This document shows, piece after piece, positions 1 through 10,800 of a stretch of DNA of 64,000 bases. Below the pieces are notes generated by a model. The model was not told the origin of the DNA and searched no databases. It was given only the letters and a program-made list of their open reading frames with translations. Made by a program: the position numbers and the translations under genes. Origin of the DNA: a virus; IMG/VR virus record IMGVR_UViG_3300023174_000080, positions 32,001 through 96,000 of that record, one strand, 5' to 3'. Numbering within the stretch: the first letter of the stretch is position 1; each line of letters starts with the position of its first letter.

Positions 1-2
1 TT

Positions 3-281
3 TCAGTTGTAGATTTTTATATAAATAATAGATTTATTTTAGATAAATTGCCTAAAGATATTAACCTTTGTTATGAAGAAAAAAATTCCCTTTTACAAAT
101 TTTAAATATTATAAACAATTTATCAGATAAGAAAAGTAATATTATTAAAAATAATGATAATGATGGTTTATCATATTCTGGCGATGGAAAAAAATTAAAT
201 TCTTTAAACATAAAATTATTTGGTTTAGAATATGGTATAATTGATGTTTACAATACCTTAAGGGAACAAAATGACCAATAA
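3..281 (+). CDS. C-terminal part of a probable NAD-dependent epimerase/dehydratase (5'-truncated by window edge)
   Basis: The frame is open from position 3 (SVVDFYINNRF...), so the start lies upstream of the window. The C-terminus 'DINLCY...SLLQI...YSGDGKKL...LEYGI' resembles extended-SDR C-termini, and the ORF overlaps an RfbH-like gene. Confidence 0.55.
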   Translation, partial: SVVDFYINNRFILDKLPKDINLCYEEKNSLLQILNIINNLSDKKSNIIKNNDNDGLSYSGDGKKLNSLNIKLFGLEYGIIDVYNTLREQNDQ

Positions 282-1566
282 AATAAATATTGAAAAATTT
301 GTTGAAGATATATTTAAAGACGAAAAGAGTTTTCCATATTTAATAGGATCTAAAATAAAACCAAAAAACTCTATTCCTTATTCTGGTCCTTATTGGGATG
401 AGCAAGAAATAAAAGCCATTTTTTCAAGTTTAATTATGGGAAAATGGCTTCCTAGCGGTGGAGAAATAGCAAAATTTGAAACCAAATTTTCTAAGATGTT
501 TAACTTAAGTTTTTCTTTAATGGTAAACTCAGGCAGTTCTGCCGATCTTTTAATGATTGCCGCTATTAAAAAAGTCTTAAATTGGCAAGACGGTGACGAA
601 GTAATTTTATCTGTTGTAGGATTTCCTACCACTTTATCTTCATTAATATTAAATAATTTGAAGCCAGTATTCTGCGATATTGAAATGCAAACATTAAATT
701 TTGATATTGGCAAAATAGAAAGTTTAATATCCTCTAAAACAAAAGCGATATATATATCACCAGTACTTGGCAACGCTCCCGATATGGACAAATTATTAGA
801 AATTAAAAATAAATATAATATTGAGCTTATTTTAGATAATTGTGATTCTCTAGGGAGTAAATGGAAAGGTAAATTTTTAAGCGATTATGCCATAGCCTCT
901 TCGTGTTCTTTTTATATGGCACATCACATTGCTACTGGAGAAGGCGGCATGGTTTCTTCTAATAATGAGAAAATAGTGGAAGAAGCTAGAAAAATGTGCT
1001 GGTGGGGTAGAGATTGTTATTGTGTAGGTAAGAATAACACTTTACCATGTGGAACTTGTGGGCAAAGATTTTCTAAATGGATTAAAGAATATGATTATGA
1101 AATTGATCATAGATATTTTTTTACATCAATGGGATATAATTTAAAACCATTAGATTTTCAGGGCGCAATAGGTTTAGTGCAATTAGATAAATTTTCTAAA
1201 ATTGAAGAATTAAGAAAAAAGCATAAAAAAGCTATTGAACAATTATTTGTTAATAATATATCTAATGTTACTTCAATTAAAGAATTATCCGACGCTGACA
1301 CTTCTTGGTTCGGAGTACCAGTAATTTGTAAAACACCGGAAGATAAAAGAAAATTAGTTAAATATTTAGAAGATAATGGTATTCAAACAAGAAATTATTT
1401 TGCTGGCAATATTTTATTACAACCAGCTTATAAAGATTATGGAGATTGGAAAAAATATACAAATGCAAATAAAGTTTTAGATTTAGTATTTTTTGTTGGA
1501 TGTGCTCCGTTTTATGATGAAAACGATTTAAATTACTTTGAAAAAGTATTAAAATTATACAAATAG
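271..1566 (+). CDS. rfbH: CDP-4-keto-6-deoxy-D-glucose 3-dehydrase (RfbH/DdhC; DegT/DnrJ/EryC1/StrS family)
   Basis: Motifs VNSGSSA, GFPTT, LILDNCDSLGS and SFYMAHHIATGEGG (His where aminotransferases have the PLP Lys), the Cys cluster WGRDCYC...CGTC, then GYNLKP, SWFG and TRNYFAGNILLQPAY. Confidence 0.88.
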   Translation: MTNKINIEKFVEDIFKDEKSFPYLIGSKIKPKNSIPYSGPYWDEQEIKAIFSSLIMGKWLPSGGEIAKFETKFSKMFNLSFSLMVNSGSSADLLMIAAIKKVLNWQDGDEVILSVVGFPTTLSSLILNNLKPVFCDIEMQTLNFDIGKIESLISSKTKAIYISPVLGNAPDMDKLLEIKNKYNIELILDNCDSLGSKWKGKFLSDYAIASSCSFYMAHHIATGEGGMVSSNNEKIVEEARKMCWWGRDCYCVGKNNTLPCGTCGQRFSKWIKEYDYEIDHRYFFTSMGYNLKPLDFQGAIGLVQLDKFSKIEELRKKHKKAIEQLFVNNISNVTSIKELSDADTSWFGVPVICKTPEDKRKLVKYLEDNGIQTRNYFAGNILLQPAYKDYGDWKKYTNANKVLDLVFFVGCAPFYDENDLNYFEKVLKLYK

Positions 1567-1642
1567 AAGAATTTATTAATATATTTTAATTTAATATAAT
1601 CAGCAAAACAAATTTTACAAACTTATAAAAAGGAATTGTTAT

Positions 1643-1819
1643 ATGAAAATGTCTAACCAAATGTTAACTGCGATTATGGTATCATTGCAAAAAAGTCTTA
1701 TGGAGCAAACAGACATAGTACCGGTTTTAAAAGGCTTTGAAATGTCTTTAGAGGGCGAAGAGCTGGTTGTTACTAATCCACCAGCCACCATATCCGCAAA
1801 GCCTGTAGAGGGCAAATAG
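1643..1819 (+). CDS. 58-aa hypothetical protein (not in ORF track)
   Basis: AAGGA precedes the ATG at 1643. It translates as MKMSNQMLTAIMVSLQKSLMEQTDIVPVLKGFEMSLEGEELVVTNPPATISAKPVEGK*, and the stop lies 1 nt before the next ATG. Confidence 0.75.
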   Translation: MKMSNQMLTAIMVSLQKSLMEQTDIVPVLKGFEMSLEGEELVVTNPPATISAKPVEGK

Positions 1820-1820
1820 G

Positions 1821-2075
1821 ATGCCTACATACATTTATAAATGTGATAAGTGTAATAATACTTTTAAAGCATTTCATGGCATGAATGATCTTCTTACAGA
1901 ATGCCTAGATTGTCATGAAATTGGTCATGTGAACAAGGTACCTTCATTATTAACCTCTCTACCAGAACGAAATAGTGAACAAACGGCGGCTGGTATGCGT
2001 GTCAAGGAAGCCATAGAGGATAATAGACGGCTACTTTTAGATAGCAAACAACAAGTTGTTGTAAAGAAGATATAA
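1821..2075 (+). CDS. FmdB-family zinc-ribbon protein
   Basis: MPTYIYKCDKC...F...H.M....CLDC pattern (MPxYxYxCxxC...CxxC). Confidence 0.8.
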   Translation: MPTYIYKCDKCNNTFKAFHGMNDLLTECLDCHEIGHVNKVPSLLTSLPERNSEQTAAGMRVKEAIEDNRRLLLDSKQQVVVKKI

Positions 2076-2076
2076 T

Positions 2077-2388
2077 ATGATTATACTTTTATCATTATTG
2101 TTATTTGTCTCCATAGTTGGAAATGTTATGTTAATATGGTATACAAGAAAGTTAATTAATAATTTATTATATGGCGTTAAGAATGTGGATGAAATGCAAA
2201 AACTGTTTGAAGAATATATTACATTAATACAACCTCTAGCTACTATGGAAAATTATTATAATGATCCAGCTATAACATCAGCAATAAATAATACAAATGT
2301 TATTATTGAGGCTTGCAAAATGTATAAAAATACCATGATAGAACAAATAGATGAAAAAAATAATAAAACCAACAATAAAGCAGAATAA
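2077..2388 (+). CDS. Hypothetical membrane-anchored protein
   Basis: N-terminal hydrophobic helix (IILLSLLLFVSIVGNVMLIWY) followed by a helical soluble part. Confidence 0.65.
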   Translation: MIILLSLLLFVSIVGNVMLIWYTRKLINNLLYGVKNVDEMQKLFEEYITLIQPLATMENYYNDPAITSAINNTNVIIEACKMYKNTMIEQIDEKNNKTNNKAE

Positions 2389-3091
2389 TGCTCAAGAAAA
2401 AAATCAATATTTTACTAAAAAGCATGAAAATGCCATTTTAGAATATGCGTCTATATTAGACAATAATAGAAAAACTTTATTATATATAAAATATATCCAA
2501 CCAGCTTTTAATGAAATGGTTGAAAAGATAGTTTATACCTATAAATTCAATAGTTTACCTAATATAGATGATTTAAAAAGCGAATGTAAGACATGGCTTA
2601 CGACTATTCTGGATAAATATGATGTTTCCAGAGGGTCTAAAGCCTTTTCTTATTTTAGCGTCATAACCAAAAACTGGTTTATTCATAAAGTAAAAAAGAA
2701 TAATAATAAAAAAGAAGTATATATTGAAGATATTAAAGATACTCAACAAGAAGAAGATCTTGTATATGAGGAATCATATTTTACTAATAGAGAAAGAGAA
2801 GAATTCTGGTTTGCTCTAGAAAATGAAATGCATGGTTGGTTTGATAAAAGACTAAAAGAAAATGAAATTAAGGTTTATAAAGCTATAATATTACTTTTTA
2901 AAGAGTCTGAATCAATAGAAATTTTTAATAAGAAAGCTATTTATCTTTACATGAGAGAAATAACCGGTTTAAATACTAAACAAGTAGTAAATAATTTAAA
3001 AAAATTTAGAAATAAATATGAAGATTTTAGAAAAAATTGGGTAAATGGCAACGTAACTCATGTAAAAACGAGGGTTTACAGAGATGAGTGA
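2351..3091 (+). CDS. Phage sigma factor, T4 gp55-like (late transcription)
   Basis: Region-2-like segment 'LDKYDVSRGSKAFSYFSVITKNWF' and C-terminal HTH-like 'MREITGLNTKQVVNNLKK'. It sits directly before the morphogenesis genes. Confidence 0.72.
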   Translation: MKKIIKPTIKQNNAQEKNQYFTKKHENAILEYASILDNNRKTLLYIKYIQPAFNEMVEKIVYTYKFNSLPNIDDLKSECKTWLTTILDKYDVSRGSKAFSYFSVITKNWFIHKVKKNNNKKEVYIEDIKDTQQEEDLVYEESYFTNREREEFWFALENEMHGWFDKRLKENEIKVYKAIILLFKESESIEIFNKKAIYLYMREITGLNTKQVVNNLKKFRNKYEDFRKNWVNGNVTHVKTRVYRDE

Positions 3092-3386
3092 AGATAAAAA
3101 GCTTTTAGAGCATTATATTTTAGAAAGTACAAAAAATATTGAAAATGATAGAGCATTAGCTAGTAAACTTTTAGTTGATTTAATGGAAAAAATGAATGAA
3201 TTAAAAGATGAAAAATATACACATAAAAATTATGGTGAAATAGCCGCCATGTATCTTGAAACTCTACAGCGCTCTAATGAACAAATGGTAAAATTAGCGT
3301 CTATAGTACAACGTCAAGAAGGTGGCAAAGAAGGAATGTCTAAAAAAGAAAGAGACGAAATATTTGATTTAATTAAGGAGGGATAA
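3084..3386 (+). CDS. Hypothetical helical protein (possible small terminase subunit)
   Basis: 100 aa, predicted all-alpha, coupled to the sigma gene. The TerS idea is inference from size and helicity only. Confidence 0.5.
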   Translation: MSEDKKLLEHYILESTKNIENDRALASKLLVDLMEKMNELKDEKYTHKNYGEIAAMYLETLQRSNEQMVKLASIVQRQEGGKEGMSKKERDEIFDLIKEG

Positions 3387-3390
3387 AGAT

Positions 3391-3927
3391 TTGTCTAGAT
3401 CAACAGAAATAGGAATGGTTGAAGATCCTATTACGCCTCATATAGATTTAACTTCTACTACTTTTTGGGATGCAATAACAAAAGTTTTTGCTGATACCTA
3501 CACTCCAAATGAATTACCAACAAGATTTTCTGGTAAAATTTGTAGAGTTGAGAGCGATCCTTCTAAATTTAATGGCAACGCACAAAGCCAAATGTTCAAA
3601 GAAATGAACATAAACAATACTCAATGTAAAGTATGGCTAGAGGGAGGAGTATATAAAATTTACTGTAAACCAGAAACATTTGATAATACGCCAGAAGATA
3701 GATGTATAATAAATAATCTTCCTGATATTCCTTTAGCTAAAGAAAAATTTGATGGTCTAGTAGATAGAGGACAGAGTGTTTCTGTATCATCAGCTTCTTC
3801 TACAAGTTTAGAAGGTTTAGTAGTAGATTATTCATATACAGAAAAAAGTAATGGAGAAAGATGCTTAGGAGATGAGACAACTAGTAAACCTAGTTCTGCT
3901 TTCGCTAATAAATCTCCTCAACCATAA
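3391..3927 (+). CDS. Hypothetical protein, probable baseplate-hub component
   Basis: TTG start after AAGGAGG; first gene of the baseplate block. Confidence 0.45.
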   Translation: MSRSTEIGMVEDPITPHIDLTSTTFWDAITKVFADTYTPNELPTRFSGKICRVESDPSKFNGNAQSQMFKEMNINNTQCKVWLEGGVYKIYCKPETFDNTPEDRCIINNLPDIPLAKEKFDGLVDRGQSVSVSSASSTSLEGLVVDYSYTEKSNGERCLGDETTSKPSSAFANKSPQP

Positions 3928-3935
3928 TAAATCAT

Positions 3936-4814
3936 ATGTCAAACAATAAAGGTCCAGCAGATCCAAATCCTAATTGTAATAACGGTTATAGAAATTCAGT
4001 TTTAAAAGAGCCTTTACCACTAAGGCTCTGGTCGGCAGGCGAAAAGGTAATAGAAGGAGCGAATAACGCTTTTATAGTTTTAGGTAGAGATCGTCCTGCT
4101 GGTTTAGATTCTGGCTATGGTGCTGGTGGAGATCATAAAGCAGGGATGATAGAAATATGTGTTGGTGCATTTGGTGCAGCAGACGCTAACAGTTTAAATG
4201 GGTATGTAGATCCTAATGTTGGCGCTGATGCAGCAAAAATTTATATAAGTCAAAAAGCTGATATTGATGATTATTTCTTTTTAGCTAGTGGTAAAAGCGG
4301 TAAAAGCATTGCTAGATCAGCAATAGCATTAAAGGCTGATGATATAAGAATTATAGGAAGAAACACTATAAAGATTGTTAGTAATTGCGATGCTGTTCTT
4401 TCAAACAATGAACCATCTTATAGTACTTTGGGAGTACAAATAATAGCAAATAATGATGATAAATCTTTAGAGCCTATGCCAAAAGGTTTAAAGCTAAATA
4501 AAGCCTTTGAACAATTAAGCAAAAATATCATACAAATTATTGGCACAATACAAAAATTTATGAATATTCAAAGAGATTTTAATTATCTAGTCTCGCAGCA
4601 TACTCATTTTGAAAATTTCATGGTTTCTCCAGTGCCTGTTTCAGTTAGTCCTTCTTTAGCTACTAATGGAATAGATGTCATTTTACAGTTATTAAAAGAA
4701 GTAGAGGCTGATTTGAGAATTGAAACTGCCAATTTCACAAGTTGGGAAAATGCTTATATAAATCCTGCGTCTACGTCTACATATATAAACAGTGTTTATA
4801 ATTATGTAAATTAA
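3936..4814 (+). CDS. Probable baseplate hub/spike-associated protein (similar to gp5 C-terminal region)
   Basis: Beta-rich 'GANNAFIVLGRDR', 'AKIYISQK' and 'SAIALKADDIRIIGRNTIKIV', then a helix and 'HTH' His pair as in spike proteins. It lies upstream of a gp25-like gene. Confidence 0.5.
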   Translation: MSNNKGPADPNPNCNNGYRNSVLKEPLPLRLWSAGEKVIEGANNAFIVLGRDRPAGLDSGYGAGGDHKAGMIEICVGAFGAADANSLNGYVDPNVGADAAKIYISQKADIDDYFFLASGKSGKSIARSAIALKADDIRIIGRNTIKIVSNCDAVLSNNEPSYSTLGVQIIANNDDKSLEPMPKGLKLNKAFEQLSKNIIQIIGTIQKFMNIQRDFNYLVSQHTHFENFMVSPVPVSVSPSLATNGIDVILQLLKEVEADLRIETANFTSWENAYINPASTSTYINSVYNYVN

Positions 4815-4822
4815 GGAATATA

Positions 4823-7800
4823 ATGTATAATTTAAATATAAGAAAATATCCTGCATTTCCTACGGTTGCCACCCATACAGTTGTTGGGAGCAAATTTTTT
4901 ATTGAATCACAAGAAAATTTACCTGCAATTCCATTAGTGATTGATAGAAATACAAAAACTCTAGATAATGTAGAAGTAACATTACTTGATTATGGTTTAG
5001 GATATAATGGTTTATGGAGTAGAGTCTATGTTCATAATCAAGATGGTTCTAAAACACTTGGATATGTAATGACTTCTGGTTTAGTAGAAAAACCAGAAGC
5101 AAAATTAAATCCTTTATTTGAGTATAATCCAGATAATAGTTTAGCCTCAAAATTAGTAGAAGGAATAGATTGGAAAAAAGCAACTCCGCAAACTTCTATT
5201 GATGATGAAAAGAACGGTTGTAAAATAGTCGTGTGGGAATTTCCAGAAGTCACTGATTTTCAAAATGTTGATTTAAGCGAAAAATTAGCTGAAGCATACG
5301 AAAAAGGCGTAAAATTTCTTCTCAGTGAACAAGGATATAGCTTAAGGCAAAAAGATAAAGTAAATAAACTACTTTATGGCTATTATGCTTTTGCAAGAGC
5401 GGAAGAATTTAGCATAGATCCTCGTCCGTGCTCTTGTTTAAAAGTTCTTGTAGCTATTTCTAAAAGATTTTTATTATCTAGCGCTATAGATTTAAATAAA
5501 AAAGAAAAAAATGAAGAATATGAAGATTTAGAAAAAACTATAGTAGAAGAAGAAACTGATGATCAAAACACTATCGAACCTATAAAATTTGTAGAAAAGA
5601 AATTTAATAATTTTAAAGAATTTAAAAAATTTTTTTGTATATTAGGCGGCACAATAGCTACCTATAATTCCGTTTTAGAACAAAAGGAATGGGATTTAGG
5701 AGAAGCGACTTTAAATTTTCAAGACGAATTCTCAGATATAAAAAAATATTTTAAGATCATAGGACAATTTTTAAGATTAAACAGCCCAAAGTCATTTGTT
5801 ACAGAAGATAAAATAGGAGAATTTATTGCTACAGTATTTGCTGTAGATTTAGAATCTACCATAGAAAAATTTAGTTTACAAATTACACCTACTGATTATG
5901 CTGAATGGCGTGGAGATTTAACATTAGTCATTAATCCAAATAATTATTCTATAGCTAATATAATACATAATTTAGACGGAAAGCAAGTATCTTTAAATAA
6001 AGAATTATTAACATTTTTAAAAAATGAAACGATTCAAAACGGCACAATCGTTAATTATTTACTCACATTCAATCCAGATAAAGACGGACCAAACGATAAT
6101 GGTAAACAAATATTATTAAATAATTGGAATAATAATAATTTCAATTTATTTGATATAAACGATAGTACATCAATAAAAGGTGCTTTTTCTATTTATGGAG
6201 GAATTGCACCATTTTTAATGGATACATTTGATGGTCAAACACAGGTCTTTTTAAAAGATAAACACTATCCATCTATTGAAGCTACGCCTTTAGGATTAGA
6301 TATAGAAAATTGTATAACAACTGAAATCCAAAATTTACAAGATATAGCCAGAGATAAGCTTCCAGCAACAGCTGAATTATATGCTAAAAGGAAGCAAAAA
6401 GCAATAGACGAACAGCCAAAGATAGAAGCAAATGTTTTCTCTACTTCATTACTAGATTTAAGTAATGTAGTTGACCCAAACTTTAGAATTTTATTTGGCA
6501 TAGATGAACCACCCGGAGATAATAAAAAGCAAAAGTTTTTTAATTATGTAGCGGTTGCCCAATCTTTGGATTGGGCAAAATATTTAGCATTTGCTTCTCA
6601 GTGTTTATCAAAAAAAATAAATCCAAATGATTATCAAGAAATAATAAAGAAATACGGTTCTGCAAAAAAATTCATTGAAAATTTGTTATTAGCTACTTTG
6701 TGTAATCCATTTTTAACAAATGGCTTAAAAATAATTAACGGTTTTCAAATACCTACAATACAAACAAATAATTCCTTGCAGGCATTAGCTGAAGCAATTC
6801 AGCAAGGTATTATAGATTTATTAAAAGAAGTAATACAGGAAGGTATTAAAGCGGCTCTAAAAGCAGCCGCCGACGCTTGCGTAGATGATCCAAATGCAGA
6901 TTATGGAGGAGCCGCACCAGCTGACGGGGAAGATCCTTTTGAAGATCCTCTATCAGCGGCTATAGATGATCCAGACCTAAATGACTTATTAGGAGATCTT
7001 TTTGGAGATCTAAAAGATGATAAAGGTTTATTAGATGATGACGCTAAACAGGAAGCAAAAGATAAATTAAAAAATTTGCTTGATGATATTTCTTCTTGTT
7101 TGTCGGCAAATGAATTTTGTAGATTATTAAAAGGATATTCTGTTAATGATGAAGTAATACAATTTATAATGGCTTTGGCAAAAAGAAAATTTGGCCCACC
7201 ATTAAGTAATCGTTTTAATAATAAAGATTATATTTATCGTTTTTTTAAAACTTTAGGTTCTAAAATAGATTTAACTATTTGTGAAGATATATTAAATAAT
7301 GAAGTACCAAAAACAGCTAATTTATTATGTGATGATGGAAAATTACAAAATCTTAGAAGAAAGATATTAGAAGATACAAATTTACCAAAAGATGCAATAG
7401 ATGATTTATTAAATGCTCTTAAAGAAAAAGAAAAACAAAATTTAGAAAAAGTGTTAGGATTATTGAATTCAGATAATCCATTTGATTTTAGTAAAGCGCC
7501 TGACTTGCTATGCAGTATTCTACCAAATGGTCAAACTATAGCTCCTCCAAAAGAAAGCTATAACAAAATAATAGATGCTTTATTTGATCCTGTATATACA
7601 AAGTTTAATGAAGAAGCAGAAGAATGGTATAAAACCACTTATTCATTAAGTTCTTCTGCTCCACAAATGATGCGGTTTGATGAAGCTACTGGACAATTTG
7701 CTATAAATCAACAACAATCTACTGGAGCTTTAACTGATTTAATAAAAGCTAGCTTTGAATCAGATCCTGAGAAAAGAAAGAAAGCAAACAGTTTTGATGC

Positions 7801-10800
7801 CGCAACGGCAATTGGCGGCGGTGGAGGAAACTCTGGAATTAAATATCCTTCTTATATGTTTAAGGATGTATTCCAAAACAATAATTATTATTTAAATTAT
7901 TCTAGCAATGATAAATTATCAGTATTTAATTTTACCGCTTCTCTTAATGGTTATAAACAGCAAAAACTTGATGCTGCTCTAATAGGAGAAAATCTTAGAA
8001 ATAAGGTTTTACAAGCCGAAAAACCGCTTAAAGAAGCAGTTTCCAAATTACTTCTTTATTTTAATGCTAAATTTGTTGTAGAAGTGGCAAAAATGATACC
8101 AAGTGTTACTGAGGACGTGGCCGGTGCATCCTCAGTTGCCCTTGGATTTATGGAAGGCTTTAAAGCGCTAGGTGGGATAGCAGATTTTGTACGTATTTTA
8201 GATATGTATGTTAGAGGAAATGTAGTTAATCTGAATGAGCCAGTTTTAGCTAATGATTTAGATGCTTATTATAAACTTTTAGGTTTTGATAGCGCTCAAG
8301 AAGCTGCCGCTATATATTCTTCAGAAAGTGGTGTACCAATATATTATTTAATAGCAAAAACTTTTTTTGATGATGTAGGCCAATTAAAACCGGATCTAAG
8401 CCAACTTATAAATTATGTTACAACTATTAATACTGGTGAAAATAATTCTATAAATTCTAATATAGAACTTGCAGAAGGCTTAGTGGCTGATTTTCTAAAA
8501 GCTGGAAATTTATACAGAGAAGTAAAAAATTATTATTCTGTTGTTCTTAACACTCTAGTTGCATATCCAAATTATGATATTACATTAAATTCTGGTTTAA
8601 GCAGCTTAGAGATTCCGTTAAATAAAAAAATAATTTTACAAAATGAAGAGATAAAATTAGGCGATCAAACAAACGATACTTATACATTACAAACTTATTT
8701 TAATAATAATTTATATGATATTTACAATTTAGAAATAAAAAAGAATGGCAACAATCACTTAAAAATAAGTGAAACCATACCAGTATCTAAAAATATTTTA
8801 TCTTTTATAACAAAAGAATTAAAAATTGAATCTTTAGAAAATATTAAAAAACATGATATTTATAGTTCTTTTATAAATAAAAAAATAAAACAATATGGAA
8901 AAGATGAAGATTGTTTATTAATAGAAACTTCAAGAGAAGAAGCGATAACTTATGACACTAGTATATTTGATCAAAGAAGAATAAAAATTACAAGAAAAGA
9001 TTATATACAAAATTATAATAATGCTTCACAATATATTTTTAATAATATAAAATCTAACATTTTATCTACTAATGCAAAAACAAATAAATTTTTGTTTCTT
9101 AAATCACTAGCTACTGGAACTATACCAGATTCAGTTATTGCTTTAGAGAGTGGTTCTGATGGAATACCATATACTAAATTTTTAAAATTAGTAATTCCTG
9201 CTACACAGAATCAAATTCTTTGCAATGCTAGACCGCATTATTTAGATATTGATAATATAAAACAAGACACTAAGAAGGAACAACAAAAAAATAATTGCGC
9301 TGACAAAATTATAGATGATAAAATAGCTAAAGGATTACCTATAGATCCAAAAGAAATTGAAGAAATAGAAACAGATGAATCACAAAAAATAATGTCTAAA
9401 GGTATATATCAATTAGCCATAAGATTATTTTTACATGATTTGGTATTAAGAAGCATACCTGTATTTGGATATTATGATCCACAAACATTAAGAGATGAAA
9501 AGTTATTTTGTGACTTTTTATCTGATATGGTTGAAATAGAAATGAGAGGAATGGATAATACATTCTTTAGAATGTTATCTAATTATGTTTTCAAAGTATA
9601 TTTAAAACAAAATCCTTTAAAACAAGATGAAGTAATAACAGAATCTAAAAAAATTGATTTAAGAAGAAAAGCTTTGAGGGCGGCTGTAAAAGAAGAATTA
9701 AAATCTGCTGTATTGCCAAAGTTAGCTAAAAGAATTGATATTGATACAAATATTGATTTAATTAATTCTTATCCAAAAGATAAAACAATAAAATTAATTG
9801 ATATTTATGACGATATTCAAAACTTTAATCAATATATAAAATTCTATAATAATTCAATATATATAAAAATAATTGATAATAAATTAAAGAAATCAACAGA
9901 AACTTATTATATAAAAATTTTTCAAAGCAAAAGCTCGGATCCAAATAAAATATGGATGGATTTTGTATCTACTACGGAACATGATTTGTTATTTAAATAT
10001 TTATTCCCCGTTACTCAATATTTAACAACCATTTCTATTACATCTATTTTAGCTACTTCTACAAGAAAGCAAATAATTGATGCTTTTAGAGATACAAAGA
10101 AAAAGCTTATAAGAATAGCTAAATCGGTTCAAGCTAATGGAAGACAAATTAGTTTTGATCCAATGAATCCTCAAGATATGGAAAATAGTAATCCTTTAAA
10201 TGAGGTATGGAAATTTATTCTTACAGCTTTATTAAAGACGCCTTATAATATTGCTAAAGCGTTTGCAGAAGGAACAGAACCTAATTTAGCTATTATAACT
10301 ACAGTATTTAAACTAGCAAGAGCGTTTGAACCAAGATTACCGTCCCTATTGATACCAGCAGCTTCTATCCCATCGGCTTTATTGCCGCCACCAATAGGCT
10401 TCTTACCAGCAGTTAACCCAATACTGTTCTGGATATATCACGCTACTCTAATGTGGTTCGATGATCCATATAAGGATATTCTAGAATCTAGTAAACAGCA
10501 GTTCTTTGATCAATTAAGTAATGGTAATATGTCTAACGTAAATTGTGACGATGTAATCAATCAAGATCGTTTCTATTTAGATAAAAATAATAAACCAGTA
10601 ACTATAGAACCAATAAGTGGAAAATATGACTTATATTATGGCAAAGGTTATGAAGCTGGTTCTTTAAAAACTATAGAAGATATTTTAAAGGATACAGAAA
10701 AACAACAAAAAGCTAGAGCAGATGCTGAAGCAAAAAAGGCTAATGAAAAATTAGAAGAAGAAAAGAGCGCAATAATTGATAGAAGGGACGCAAAAAACAA

